From: Sphyrna mokarran
Taxonomy: Eukaryota
Length of the DNA stretch: 64,000 nt
Direction of reading: 5' to 3'
NCBI GenBank assembly: GCA_024679065.1
Contig: JAGIQG010000043.1
Location: forward strand, 2,542,001 to 2,606,000
Shown here piece by piece: positions 13,401-25,437 of this stretch. The notes below the pieces were generated by a model. It was not told the DNA's origin, made no database searches, and saw only the letters and a list, made by a program, of their open reading frames with translations. Made by a program: the position numbers and the translations under genes. Within the stretch, counting starts at the first letter, position 1. Each line of letters starts with the position of its first letter.

Positions 13401-15236
13401 ATGTTCTGATAAATGCGCTTTGCACAGTAATACACCCCAGAATCGTTTTTTCGGGAATCCGAAATGATTAGTGAATAAAGTTGCCCTTTTTCAGAAATCT
13501 GGCTGGAAAATCTCCCCTTAGCTTGGCTGTGCTGGGACGCTCTGTAAATGAAATCCATGCCGTTTCTCCCCCTCTGTCTGTACCAGAAGACAGGGCCAGC
13601 AGCTTCACTCTGGATGCGGCAGCTGAGATTAACAAGACTCCCCACAGGGAGCGTCTGAACCGGCGGAAACTGGGACACGGTGACCTGAGACATTGTAACT
13701 GGGAAACAGAAAGAGAGAGAACAGCAGTCACCTCAGGTTATGGAGCATTCCCTGAATCCTCGCAGCGCAGAACGAGGCCATTTGCTATATCGAATCTGCA
13801 CTGATCACAATCTCTCCTATCCCTATTCTGGCAATATTTACACTGCTAATTCCCTGTTAGGAAGGGGCAATTTAGCGTGGCCATTCAAACTAACCCGCGC
13901 AAATTGGACTTTGGGGGAAAGAGGAGCACCCGGAGGAATCCCACGCAGATACGGGGAGAACGTGCACGCTCTGCAAGGATTCCGAGCCTGGCGCTGTGAT
14001 GCGACAGTGTTAACCCACTGTGCCGCTGAGATGTTCCAGCACTTTCTAACTTTGCTTCGTTTCTTCTCCTCCTCCGTTGACTTTGGGAACTAAAGTCCGT
14101 TCAGAAATTTATAATTGACTCTGAAGTTCTACTTGAAAACTTTTTCTCCCAAGTCGCCAATATTGTTAAGGGAGCCCATTCACACAGCATAGCTCAGGAG
14201 AAATGGAAAATCAGATTAATTCCGTTCTAATCATTGTTATGAATCGACGATGCATTTTCTTAGCAACATTTGATTCATTGTTAAGTTAAACTTGCATGCT
14301 AAATCGCAACTGCTGAACCCGGGGTGGGGGGACCGTTCGGCCCTTCCAATTTGAGTTGAATCTGTGAAAGATTTCACTAATATTATTGAATTTCGCCCCT
14401 TTACATTTCTATCACAGTTCACCCATTTTGAAAGTTCCATTTCCCTCGCTTGCAAGTTCCTGTTGGATCTGCTTCCTCCGCCCTTTGAGGCAAAACCTTC
14501 CAGATCACAACCGCTCAAATGGGTTAAAAAATCCCCTAATGTCCCTATCTGTTACTTTTACCAAATTCATATTCCCTTCGTTCCAGAAACTCCTGCCAAT
14601 GGAATCAAAGAACAAAGAACAAAACAGGACGGGAAACAGGCCCTGCGGCCCAACGAGCCCGCGCCGCCACCTCGATGTTCCCACTTCTACCCGCGATCCC
14701 TGTCCATGTTTATAGATCTATGGATTAAAAACTAAATTTGAGACAACTTAGGGAGAATTTGTTTTGCCAATTAGGCTAAGAGCACATCTTTGGGATGTGG
14801 GAGGAAACCAGAGCTCCCGGAGAAAACCCACGCAAGCACAGGGAGAATACGCAAACTCCCACAGACACAGGTAAAATCCATGTATTTACACAGCACAGCG
14901 ATAGTCACTGAGCTGTCGTGTTGCCCATCAGATGGTCCAGGTCAAGCATACACTAACGATGTGAAGCAGTAGGATACTCTCGAAAAAGGTCCAAGAGCAA
15001 TCCTCTCACGACCCATCGCGTGTATGCCCCTCGTTAGACAACAAGGTGGACCAAAGTACCTGTAGGATAAAAACAAGTACATCAATATCATCATCTATTT
15101 ACACACTTCCCAGGGACAGGGAAATCAGTTTCTGCCTCGTCGCTCTATCCATAACCTTCTCCATTCTATCCCAATATAATGAGGATATCTCACCCTGGAA
15201 GAGATGGAACAATGCACAGATACCGAGGAAACCCAT
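7365..15236 (-). CDS. Gene A: non-rearranging VJ-C1-TM IgSF receptor with an ITIM/ITSM-like tail, about 303 aa. Exons 15236-15194 (leader), 13698-13360 (VJ), 13257-12952 (C1), 11353-11234 (TM), 11094-11036 (cytoplasmic), 7409-7365 (terminal)
   Basis: All introns are GT-AG with compatible phases (1,1,1,1,0), giving 912 nt of open frame. Signal peptide MGFLGICALFHLFQVTMS; V with LSC, WYRQ, DSGVYYC and FGNGSKLVIT; C1 with CLVRG, W and DGTYTIRSYI; TM LVFYGGLSVAALLLLGLVLMA; tail ends TLYANLAFNEDPKL*. Confidence 0.85.
7985..8512 (-). mobile_element. Older CR1 3' fragment
   Basis: LEGVQRRFTRL...LFSLEFRRMRGD. Confidence 0.85.
8516..9450 (+). mobile_element. Rex1/Babar-like LINE 3' end followed by about 6 tandem copies of its ~90-95 bp 3' tail
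   Basis: FQLLPSG and RLKNRFFPAAVRLL remnants; repeated atgaacggtatgctttgtc...cttttcactgtatcccaatacatgtgacaataataaatcaaatc unit. Confidence 0.7.
9537..10930 (+). mobile_element. Two tandem 5'-truncated CR1 copies in the last intron of gene A
   Basis: ORFs 9359-10279 and 10342-10842 are ORF2 C-termini, each with a tail. Confidence 0.95.
11036..11094 (-). CDS. Gene A cytoplasmic exon (GTANGDEELRESREHKQNKE)
   Basis: ctttctaacag acceptor and GAG|gtgaat donor; a same-length 59-nt paralogous exon lies at 26448-26506. Confidence 0.8.
11234..11353 (-). CDS. Gene A connecting-peptide/transmembrane exon with a membrane-proximal Cys
   Basis: ttttttttgcag acceptor; DSPSSLTCDLVFYGGLSVAALLLLGLVLMAGRGICNNQQR; 120 nt, phase 1-1. 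Confidence 0.85.
11725..12240 (-). repeat. ~45-bp tandem array (about 11 units) expanded inside an HE1-type SINE
   Basis: gcaatttagcatggccaatccacctaacccgcacatctttggacactaaggg-like unit. Confidence 0.85.
12952..13257 (-). CDS. Gene A C1-set constant exon
   Basis: PTIFLLTPP...LMCLVRG...W...DGTYTIRSYISL...W.SG..CTC; 306 nt, phase 1-1. Confidence 0.9.
13360..13698 (-). CDS. Gene A V exon with germline-joined J-like segment
   Basis: Pyrimidine tract plus cccag acceptor; canonical V-set Cys/Trp/Cys; CAKRIYQNMVLVFGNGSKLVIT; G|gtaaat donor; 339 nt. Confidence 0.92.
14605..15118 (-). mobile_element. CR1 3' UTR with captured SINE (same family as 41265-41810)
   Basis: Closely similar to 41265-41810 and 15733-15945. 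Confidence 0.8.
15194..15236 (-). CDS. Gene A leader exon (MGFLGICALFHLFQ, phase 1)
   Basis: acaATG start, hydrophobic 14-mer, G|gtgaga donor; paralogous 43-nt exon at 62095-62137. Confidence 0.85.
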
Positions 15237-15393
15237 TGTCCTTGAGCAAGACCGTGAGGCTCTGAGCCCCCGAACCAAATTTTACAGAGAACTTGCTCTT
15301 GTTCTCCCTGTGTGGGGGAGGTGTAAAATATGCGCACTGTATACATGAATGAAAACACAGTAGGGATTTGAAAATAGAACCGAGGTAGAGAAT

Positions 15394-15420
15394 CTCTGCG
15401 GTTTTCCTGTTTACTACAGG
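15394..15420 (-). promoter_or_regulatory. Gene A proximal promoter composite: FOX (GTAAACA), ETS (AGGAA), RUNX (AACCGCA)
   Basis: 26/27 identical to 61920-61946 at a similar distance (about 150 nt) from the ATG. Confidence 0.6.
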
Positions 15421-15732
15421 CGCAGGTGCTGGCGAGCATTCGGCAAGTTCTCCAAAATGCCTCAAATATCTCACTCACATCAGCTACACCAGACATGGAG
15501 TGCAGAGCACGTATTTTTCCTGATCTGGTAAGGATTCCCAGGTAGTGGAAAAGATGCAGTTAACATTTCATAACGAATGATACCAGAAATGAGAGCGTGC
15601 AACTGTCAGAGCGTCTTGAAGAGGTTGGAGCTCTTTACCTCCGAAAGGAAAATTGAAAATTGAGGGCTGATCCACTGAAATATTTGCAATTATGAAATGG
15701 TTCAACAAGGCAGAAGTAGGATTCCAAGATTC

Positions 15733-16337
15733 CAGGTCCAGCATACACTAAAAGTGAAGCAGTAGGATACTCTCGAAAAAGATCCAAGAGCAGTCCTCTC
15801 ACGACCCATCGCGTGTATGCCCCTCGTTAGACAACAAGGTGGACCAAAGCACCTTTAGGATAAGAACAAGTACATCAATATCATCATTTATTTACAAACT
15901 TCCCAGGGACTCCCAAGGCTCATGATCCCTATTTTAAATCATTTTTCTATACCACTCTATTCCCATTCTGTTCATGTGCCCATCTAAGTATTTCTTAAAT
16001 AACTCCAGAGTACCTGCTTCCACCACTTTACTTGGCAGCGCATTCCATACACCCACCACCCTCTGTGTGAAAAATCTCCCTCTACCATCCAAATTATACC
16101 TTATCCCCCTCACCCGTGACCCCTCGTGCTATCTGAGTCCATCCTAGGAAAAAGCTTAACCCTGTTTACTCTACCAATCCCCTTGAAAATCTTGTACACA
16201 TCTATCAGATCTCCTCTAAGTCTACATCTTTCTAAGGAAAACAGTCCCAATTTGCCTAATCTCTCCTCATAATTGAGACCTTCCATACCAGACAGCATCC
16301 TGGTAAACCTCCTCTGCACTCTCTCCAGAGTCTCCAG
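15733..16337 (-). mobile_element. CR1 ORF2 3' end plus structured 3' UTR
   Basis: [12 protein letters not shown]...; UTR shared with 14605-15118. Confidence 0.88.
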
Positions 16338-16802
16338 ATTTATTACTGTCACATGTATTGGGATAGAGTGAAAAGTATTGTTTCTAGCGCGCCATACAGA
16401 TAAAGCATACTGTTCAGAGAGAAGGAAAAGATAATGCAGTGTCACAATCATCGCCAGTCTGCAGAGAAAGTTCAATTTAATGCAATGTGGGCCCATTTTT
16501 CGTTTATAGTAATTCATATGACAATAATAAATAAAACCAAATCAAATTAAAATGTGCCAATTAAAAATAAATCGTACTATTAAGGTCGTTCTGATTATGG
16601 CGTTAGTTGTCCCATTTTCCAGCTGGAAAGACACAAAGGAGAGAAAGGAGTAGAAGGATATGTTGATGGAGTGATAGAAAGAAGGAATGGGGTACCTCTG
16701 GAACATTAACAGCAGCTGACAGGCCGAATGGTCCAAAAGTGTTCTGTGCTTTTTATGTAATTGTGTAAGAAAAACATGACATCAAAGCCATCCGTTGATA
16801 CC

Positions 16803-16860
16803 CTGATATGTGAACAGTTAGTGCTGCCTTTATGCTTTACATGGGTTGCAACAGGGCATG
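16803..16860 (-). promoter_or_regulatory. Conserved non-coding block about 1.6 kb upstream of gene A (candidate enhancer)
   Basis: 48/58 ungapped identity to 60390-60447 in inverted orientation. Confidence 0.4.
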
Positions 16861-17134
16861 GTCCAAACTATTTCAGAGAGATTACAATTGTCTAGTTTAA
16901 TGTTGAGCCTGGCCCGAATATAGGATGTCCCCAGGTTCTTGGTAGCCGGTGACATGTAAGAGATTCAGCCACGTTCGTGCAAAACGGGATACTGAAAATT
17001 GACAATTGGTAAAGTTTGGATAAGTTAACTTATAGAAACATAAAACTCCTATAGTGCAGAAGGAAGGCCATTCAGCCCATTGAGCCTGCACTTCCAGCAA
17101 ACGCACCCAGCCGTTATCGCCGTGACCCCACATA

Positions 17135-17425
17135 CTTAGCCTGCAAATTTCCCTGACACTAAGAGACAATTTAGCATGTCCAATCCACCCAAACATGCAC
17201 ATCTTTATCCACAAAGGCACAATTTAGCATGGACAATCTGGCGTCCTGCACATCTTTGGATAGTTGGGGACAATTTAGCTTGACCAATGCACGTAACCTG
17301 CACACCTTTGGACACTAAAGGATATCTTTCCCATGGCCAATCAGACAACCGGCACATATTTGGCCATTCAGGGACATTTTTGCATGACCAATCCAGAATA
17401 CCTGCACATCTTCAGATACTAAGCC
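17135..17425 (-). repeat. ~45-bp SINE-derived tandem array
   Basis: Same unit as 11725-12240; interrupted by a plus-strand CR1 3' end at about 17425-17773. Confidence 0.75.
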
Positions 17426-20400
17426 TAATAGAGGTCTCTTAAATTATGAAGGGGGCAGATAGAGTGAAGCTGTTTCCCAGGTCGGAGGTGACAAGCACAA
17501 GGGGTCATAGATTCAAGGTGAGGGGGAGGGGGGCAAGGTTCAACGCAGATGTGAGGGGGACGTATTTTACACAGAGGGTGGTGGGGGCCTGGAATGCACT
17601 GCCAAGCAAGGTGGTCGAGGCGGACACGCTGGGATTATTTAAGACTTACCTAGATAGCCACGTGACCAGACTGGGAATAGAGGGATACAAACGAATGGTC
17701 TAATTGGTCACATGAGTGGCGCAGACTTGGAGGGCCAAAGGGCCTACTTCTCTGCTGTACTGTTCTTTGTTCTAAGGGGCAGTTAAGCATGGTCAATCAA
17801 CCTAATTGCACATTGTTTGACATTGACATTTAAACTTACAGTGTTCTAGTTTACAGATCCTGTCCCAGACACCTCAAACGCCATTTTTATTAATTCCTGT
17901 TGCTTCTTTTGACAAATCCTCTTAAATCAATGCCATGCAACTCTCGATATTTTGCCCTTTTCACAAATATGGTATTCGTTTTTTTTTACAGAAATGACAC
18001 ATGGTGATAGAACACAGAAACAGACAAGGCTCTAAACTCAAAACTAAATAAAAACAACGTGATTTGTTCTATTTAAGCTAACCGTCGTCCTTTATCTTAA
18101 TTTAGGTTAACTTAATATAGGGAGAGTAATATTGTTTGTTTATCATAACGTTTCGCAAGCCTGTTTAAACAGCGGGTGCCTGGTTACTTGTTATTCTACC
18201 TTCCAAGACCATCTCTATACAGCTTAGTGGTGGCACTTGCTGCCGACTGTAGGATCCTGACATTCCTGATTAACCATTAACTAAGGGGTGGTAGTTATAG
18301 GACGGATGTCAGAGGTAGGTTCTCTACTCACAGGTAGTAAGGGCGAGGAATATGCTGCCTGCAGCAGTTGTGGACTCGCTAACTTTAAGGGCGTTCAAAT
18401 GGTCAGTGGATCGGCATATGGATAACATTGGAATAGTTTAGGTTATAGTGTCATTAGATGGCTCCACTGGTCGGTGCAACATCAAATAACAAAGAACAAA
18501 ACAGCACGGGAAACAGGCCCCTCGGCCCAACGAATCCGAGCCGCCATCTTGTGTTTCTTTGCTTGTCCCATTATTATACCTTGTGTGCTCACCATTCATC
18601 TGTTTTGTCATTTAATCAATCTTGCTTTTCGCCCCATCTTCTTTCCTCTCCATCTACTTCCTCTGCCTCTGTGCCTGCCTAAAAATTGTTAATTCTCTAC
18701 ATTTCTCAAAGATTATCAACCTGAAATATTAACGTTGGTTTTCTCCAGATACAGCCACACTTGCAAATATTTCCAATATTTTCTGTATATCTTTGAGTAC
18801 CGCTGATTGAGAAAAGTTGCAAGATCCTTTTAAGACACACAAGTTTTTTTTAAGGAATGGAAGGGTCTGTACTACGCTGTAATGTTCTATATTCTATGCT
18901 CTATGTCTTATGTCCTATTCCTGATTGATCTGTGTAATTGGGCACAGTACATTTGATCCCCAACTCCTAATAATCTATCATTGATCCCTTGAACGATAAA
19001 GTTGCCCTGTGATGAGAAACTGGCAAAATTATGTTAAATTCTCTGTAGAACAGGAAAATGAGACTTCTACGCATTGAATCACAATATTGTGAAGGATAGT
19101 GACATGCCAGATCCGAAAGAATTTGATTCACCCTTATCTGGAAAAAAAATCACATAACCTCAGAGTAAAGAAATTGCCATTTCAGAATGAGAGGAGAATT
19201 TTCTGCGCCTAGAGGATAATGGATCTTTAGGGTCCTACCCAAGTCACCTTTCAATGTTCAGTCATTCATAACCCTGTCCCTGGTGCTGTTAAACAGTGGT
19301 GCTCTCCGCTGTGTCGTCGTGCCGCCCAAGAACTTAGTCAATGGAGTAAAAATCAACGGTGACTGGCTCCAGCAGGATCAATGAATTTAATGTTGTTATT
19401 GGAAAATAGGGGCTCAATCTATGGATCAAAAACCTAGGCTCAAAATTCAAATGTTAAAGATCAAAACACATTGTGTAAAAAGTATGTTGAGTGGGAGCTA
19501 TTCGCTCTGCTATGAAACAAGAAATTAGTTAGTATTTTTAAGAACATTAGAGGAACATTTATTCAAATGTCTCAGTTAGACTTCCCATTAGGATCAGCCG
19601 CTTTAGTGAAAGAAAACCCTAATTAGGATAGGGTTTAGAACACGGTTTTCCGTGATACTTACTTCAAAGCGTCAACATGCACCACCCTAACAGAACAAAA
19701 ACACTTCGAAACTGCTGGTGGATCAAATCTTTCATGTTTGTGAGACTCTCATTCGACAGTTGACCCAATGAGAATATTGAAACAACAAATTCAATGTTTT
19801 AGATTCTCTATCAGGCCCGGTAGCAATTATTCCGCCAGGGAACTTTCAAAAGAATGAGGAGGAACAGAGCTTGGAGACAATAGCTGGATCCATACATCTT
19901 AAGGTGAGGGCCCTGTTAGAACGAATTAGTGCCACAACAGTTTTGCAAGGTGAAGAGAGAGGGAGCTCCTTCCGGAGTGGTTGAAATGCTCTGCAGAAAA
20001 AGCTATGACCTTTAAAGTCAAGGAAAATAGTCATGAGATTTTGCAACAGAGAGCGAGGCTTGGAAGCAGATAGAGAAAGATGGAGAGGCGTTAGCTGTGA
20101 CCACGCTTGCATGGTGTGACCTTAAGAAAGACGCCTCTCTCATAGCCATTTCAGGGAGTGTGCAAAGCACATCAAAAGCAGCAATCGCTGGTTGAGATTC
20201 TGAGCACGTTGAGACAGAAAGTTGTCCGAGAAAGCAACTCGATATGGGTTTTTGTTTTTGTTTACAGATGAGGTGCTACACCTACCCAACTGCCTCCAGA
20301 GATCAGTAGCTGAGACACAATGTGAATCCGCAGACATTTGGGCATTCGAGATAGATTTAGCTGCACAAAGAACCTGCTGGTCTACAATTAAGCCATATTA

Positions 20401-20832
20401 CAGGAACCTATTCAAAAGAAAATTGGTCAGTATTTGCAAGCATATTGCAGAAACCTCCTCTGAATCGCAACAGACATCCCCATTTCATCTGCAGGTCAGG
20501 GGAACTGCAGTTTGTACATTCTACACTCAAGCAGCAAATCATTGAGAGTCCCAGCACAATTTCAATCAACTCACATATAATTCATAGAACATTTTCACTT
20601 CTCTTTATGAGGCAGCTTTCTTCAGGAATCATGTGCAACCTCTTTACAGAATTGGACACTAAGTTGCAATTTGGCATGAACACTCCATCTAACCTGCACA
20701 TCTTTGGACATCATCATCTTCGAATGAACAATTCAGTCTGCCCTTTCTAAGGAAGTTCGCATCCCGCGAATGAATTGAAATAGACATACATCGCCACAGA
20801 ATTTACGTACTGTAACATTCCCTGAAGAAGTG

Positions 20833-21160
20833 GGCGGCACGGTAGCAGAGTGGTGAGCACTGCTGCTTCACAGCTTCAGGGACCTGGGTTCGATTCCGGC
20901 TCGGGTCACTGTCTGTGTGGAGTTTGCACATTCTCCTCGTGTCTGCGTGGATTTCCTCCGGCTACTCCGGTTTCCTCTCACAGGTCAAAGATGTGCGGGT
21001 TATGCTGATTGACCATGCTAAAATTGTCCCTTATGGTTAGAGGGATTAGTGGGTAAAATATATAGGAACATGCAGGTCGTGCCTGCGTGGGATTGTGTTC
21101 GGTGCAGACTCGATGGACCAAAGGGCCTCTTTCTGCACTGTAGGGTTCTATGATTCTATG
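20833..21160 (+). mobile_element. HE1/V-SINE, near full length
   Basis: tRNA-like head with A/B boxes (gggttcgattcc), V-core gtggagtttgcacattctc...ggtttcctc, CR1-like tail. Confidence 0.9.
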
Positions 21161-21470
21161 ACATGCTGCCTGTCCATTGCTATGACGCGCAGTCCATGAC
21201 CACACTGTGTCAAGTGAATGTGGAATTCACCAGCACACCGCACCAAACTTGTGTCAGACTTTCCATTGCACGGCCCGTCATAATTTCCACTGTATCTGAA
21301 AGGGACGAAGCTCTCTGGGTTTGAGCTCAGATCAACTTGCGGCCATTAGCCCTACAGAAACAAACAGACCACAAAACATTTAGAAATAGCACGTAAAGAT
21401 ATGCAAAGAATGATTATATGCAAGACCCATTTTCTTGCTGTTGCAGGTTTATGGTGAGTAAAAACGGGTA
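21160..21470 (+). pseudogene. Pseudo-B: promoter and inactivated leader exon (21399-21453) paralogous to gene B
   Basis: 55-nt exon like gene B, ending CATTTTCTTGCTGTTGCAGGTTTATG|gtgagta versus CATTCTCCAACTGTTGTGGGCTTATG|gtgagta. ATG is changed to ATA and there is an in-frame TGA at 21411. About 240 nt upstream aligns with the gene B promoter. No V or C1 found downstream. Confidence 0.75.
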
Positions 21471-22589
21471 AGAACTAACAGCTAGAATCAGTGTTCACAC
21501 TGTAAAAACTGTGACCCCATGTTCAGATGAAAGGAATTCTTTCGAATTCTGTTCATTCGAGTTTGCTTTATTTTCCTGACAAATGTTCAGTAAAGGTTCA
21601 CTAATGCTCTTGAGGGAAGGATATTTGCCGTTCTTACCTGGTTTGCCCGACATGTGACTTCAGAGACGCAGCAGTATTGTTGACTCTCAACTGTCCTCGG
21701 GCACGAGGGATGGGCAATAACATTTTTAAAGTTAAAGTTTACTTATTAGTGTAAAATGTAGGCTTACATTAATACTGGAACGATGTTAACATGAATATCA
21801 TTTAGTCGCCACACACTGGCGCCTGATCCGTACAATGAGGGAAAATTTAGGAAGGTCAATGTATCTAATTAGCACATCGATCCAACTGTGGAGGAAACCT
21901 GACCACCCAGAGGAAATCCATCTGGAATGAAACATCTGCAGGTGACCACGAATCGATTTTCGGAAAAAAAAGTCGGGTTCACTAAGTTCCGTTAGGGAAG
22001 GAAACTTGCCCTCCTTATATCTGGTGTGGCCTCCCGGTCGACTCCAGAGCAATAACACTGTGATTCATTCTCAGATGCCTCCAGGAGCAACTAAGTGTTA
22101 ATCTAGCCAGCGACACCCGTGACCCAAGAATGAATGCAAAATATACCCTGGTGATTGTTTCATTCTTTTTACATATGTTTTTTTTTCAATTTCAACTCTA
22201 TACATCAGATCCATTGGTTTTCGAAGTAGTCATATTTTTGAAGAGCCAGCTTTTCCCAAAGCTTTCGCTCCTTTCCTTTATTTTCCTTCCCAATTTCTCT
22301 CTATTTCAGAGGGCATTTGAGAGTCAACCACGTGACCGTGAGCATGGAGTCAAATGTGGGCCAGAACGGGTGAGGACGGCAGATTTCCTTCCCAAAATCA
22401 CTTGGATTTTACGACAATCCGCGGTGGTTTAATGGTTATTCTTAGATTTTTAATCCCGGATTTTACTGAATTCAAATTTCACTATCTGTCATGGTGAGAT
22501 TCAAGCCCTTGTCCTCTACACATTTCTCTAGGCCTCTGGCTTTATCGTCCATCCATGATTCCACTGTGCCACTGCCTCACATATCAATG

Positions 22590-23272
22590 ATGTGAATGGA
22601 AATGCCAGCGTTAGACTGAAGTGGGACAGTAAGAAATTTCCCTACACCAGGATAAACTCCAACAGGTTTATTATGGAAAGCTGCTCCTTCCTCAGGTCAA
22701 TGGAGAGCTAGGATCACAAATGTAGCCTATACAGACAGAAAGACAAATGCAAGATAATAGTTGGAATGCGAGAATTTACACGGAATCAAGTTTTTACAGG
22801 GACATACAATGCGAGTGGAGAGAGGGATAATCACACATTAAAGAGGTATGAATTGTCTCAAGCCAAGACAGTTCGAATGATTTTGCAAACTCAGGCCATA
22901 TGTTGAGGGATACATGTAGTGCGACATGAACACCAAATTATAGTTGAGTCCATCCTCATGTATGCGGTAATTCGCTATCAGCTTGTACTCGGCGATTCTG
23001 CATTGTCATGTATGTTGTAGGCCGCCCTCGAGAATGCTTACCCGTGATTATCCCTCTCCCCGCTCATAGTCTCTGTACCTATACAGACTTCATTTCCTGT
23101 AAGGCTCACATTCCATCCATTATCTTGCAATTGTGTCTCTGTCTTTATCGGCCGTGCTTGGGAACCCTCCACTCCAATCACCTGAGGAAGGAGCAGCACT
23201 CCGAAAGCTCGTGATTCCAGATAAATCTGCTGGAATTCAACCTGGAGTGGTGAGATTTCTTACTGTCCTCCG
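22590..23272. mobile_element. Penelope-like element remnant with inverted terminal segments
   Basis: gacagtaagaaatt...ccagg...ctgctccttcctcaggt at the left is mirrored by acctgaggaaggagcag...cctgg...atttcttactgtcc at the right. Confidence 0.7.
23176..23216 (+). ncRNA. Minimal type I hammerhead ribozyme (Penelope-associated)
   Basis: aatcac-CTGAGGA-a-ggag-cagca-ctcc-GAAA-GCTC-gtgatt: stem I 6 bp, stem II 4 bp, palindromic AGCT in place of stem III. Confidence 0.75.
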
Positions 23273-25437
23273 TACCATAATAATAGAACATAGAACATTA
23301 CAGTGCTGTGCAGGTCTTTTGGCTCTTGATGTTGTGTCGCCCATTAGAACCAATCTAATCACCCTCTAACCTAAACTATTTCAATATTATCCATGTGCCT
23401 ATCCACTGACCATTTGAATGAACTTGAAGTTGGCGAGTCCACGACTGCTGCAGGCAGGGCATTCCACACCCTTTCTACCCTCTGAGTAAAGAACCTACTC
23501 TGACATCTGTCCTGTGTTATCACCCTCGATTTAAAGGTATGTTCCCTTGTATTAGCCATTGTCATTCAAGGAAAAAGGCTCTCATTATCCAAGAATAAAT
23601 AAAGATTCATTTCCATGACAACGCAGTTATCATTGTGCTATGCAACTACAAGGCTGGTAGTGTGCAATCTTTAAGGATGTTTTGGATGTTTTTTTTTCCA
23701 GCTTTAACAAATTAAAAAGAAAGATTCACACAAGAAAGGGACATTGATGCTGAAATTATGAAATAAACAGATAGGTCCAAATGTGCTTTTGACATGACAC
23801 AGGTTCCATTAGGCGTTTAGAATGCCCAATAGGTCTTAAACTTTTTTCCTTGTTATTGATAATTCAGCCAAAAACAAAATTTGACATGGCAGTACCTTGG
23901 ACAGACTCCACCAACATCTGTCCTCTCCAAAGAAGCTAAGGAAATTCGGCATGTCTGCTAACCAGCTTTTAAAGATTCATCGTTATAAAGATTCCTGTAA
24001 GGATGGTGTTGTAGGTGAAATAATACCTCTGAGACAGTGAGTCAAACCACAGTGGTTTTTATTTCAAGACTTTTCCATCTTATTCCAGAATTCTGGGAGA
24101 AACTGGTTCCTTACAATAGATCTCCAGACTTGTCATAGAACAGAAACAAAATGGATATTTATACATTCTAAGCTCCAGCAGGAATTCCTATTCGAAGTTC
24201 CAATTTCTGCCAGGCCTCCTTCCTCCCTGGGTCGTGATGCAGCCCCAGAGTTAATTAGGAATTACAGTCCTGCAGTCAGGACACAGGAAATCCCTTCTGC
24301 AGCAGTGCCAGCATTCTTGTCTTTGAAGTTACTTGTGCGATCGAGGCTGTTCCACCAGGACTCTTCCTGTTAAACACCAATGTCACGTCCTGCCATCAGC
24401 AGCTTTTAAAAGCCGGTATTGTAAACTACCATCTGTGTAATGATGTCCAACTAACACAAATAAGTAAGATTTGCAAAGTCTACAAAATAACAGCCACATT
24501 AAACTATCTGACTTTATAAAAATGAGAGTTAAAACATGTAAGAAATGAACAAATAACTTGTATTAATGCTAGAAATAATATAAGCTTGAAAAGATCAGTC
24601 ATGATGAAGGCTTATGTTTTTGATATATTCTAGGCACAAAATTCATTAACCCTTTCCCTTCAGGTACAGAATGCATTCACCTTTTTCCCTATTTCAGATG
24701 GATCACAGTTTGGTATGACTCCTATATCGATCAAGACGCTGCCAAGTGTTATGAATGAAACCCAGTCCATTGCACAAGCCAACCTCCCATCCGTTGACTC
24801 TGTCTACACTACCCGCTGCCTGAGCAAAAGAAATATCATAATAAAAGAACCCTTTAGAACAAAGAATAGAACATAGAACAAAGAATAAAGAACAAAGAAC
24901 AGCATAACACAGGGAACAGGCCCTTCCAACCTACAAGCCCGCACCGCCTATTAGAACATTCAGTGAGTGCCTCATTTCAATCCTTCTTCTACCTACGACT
25001 TTTGTCTATGCCTCTCGGATTCTACAATAAATGAGTTCAGATTTAAAGAATGATATATGCACCAGATTAAGGGAGATCCAGGCATACATTTTTCGACTTT
25101 CTTCCATCAATGAAAAAGTACAAAAATCTGAAGTCACCTACCAACTCGGCAAGAAAAAAAATTCTTCCCTGCTGCCAACAGACTATTGACATCTCCTATA
25201 TAATGCTGATCTTTGTTTGCACCCTGGCTAATGTAACATTACAATGTGTACTCTCCTTTCCTTCTCTATGAATGGTATGCTTTGTCTGCATAGCGCGCAA
25301 GAAACAACTGTTTCCTAACACGTGACAATAATAAACCAAATCAAATCAAACATCCAGGCTTTCTTCCAATGATGAGGAAACAGATGAAAATTTCTTAACA
25401 GCATCACTTCCCGGAAGCAGAATATGAGCTCTCAATT

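Noticed and set aside
12893-13693. Rearranging TCR or Ig light-chain locus
   Set aside because: No RSS next to either V exon, no separate D or J segments, no charged TM residue, and ITIM-like tails.
12893-13693. Single-exon 266-aa V-C protein as given by the ORF track
   Set aside because: It reads through a 102-nt GT-AG intron, and the true start is in the leader exon at 15236.
15190-15474. Similar ORFs here and at 61875-62141 as a small paralogous protein pair
   Set aside because: The similarity reflects the duplicated promoter and 5' UTR; the signal peptide is in a different frame.
23600-23760. Possible pseudo-B cytoplasmic exon remnants
   Set aside because: Only an acceptor-like tract and a basic peptide; no convincing alignment to gene B.
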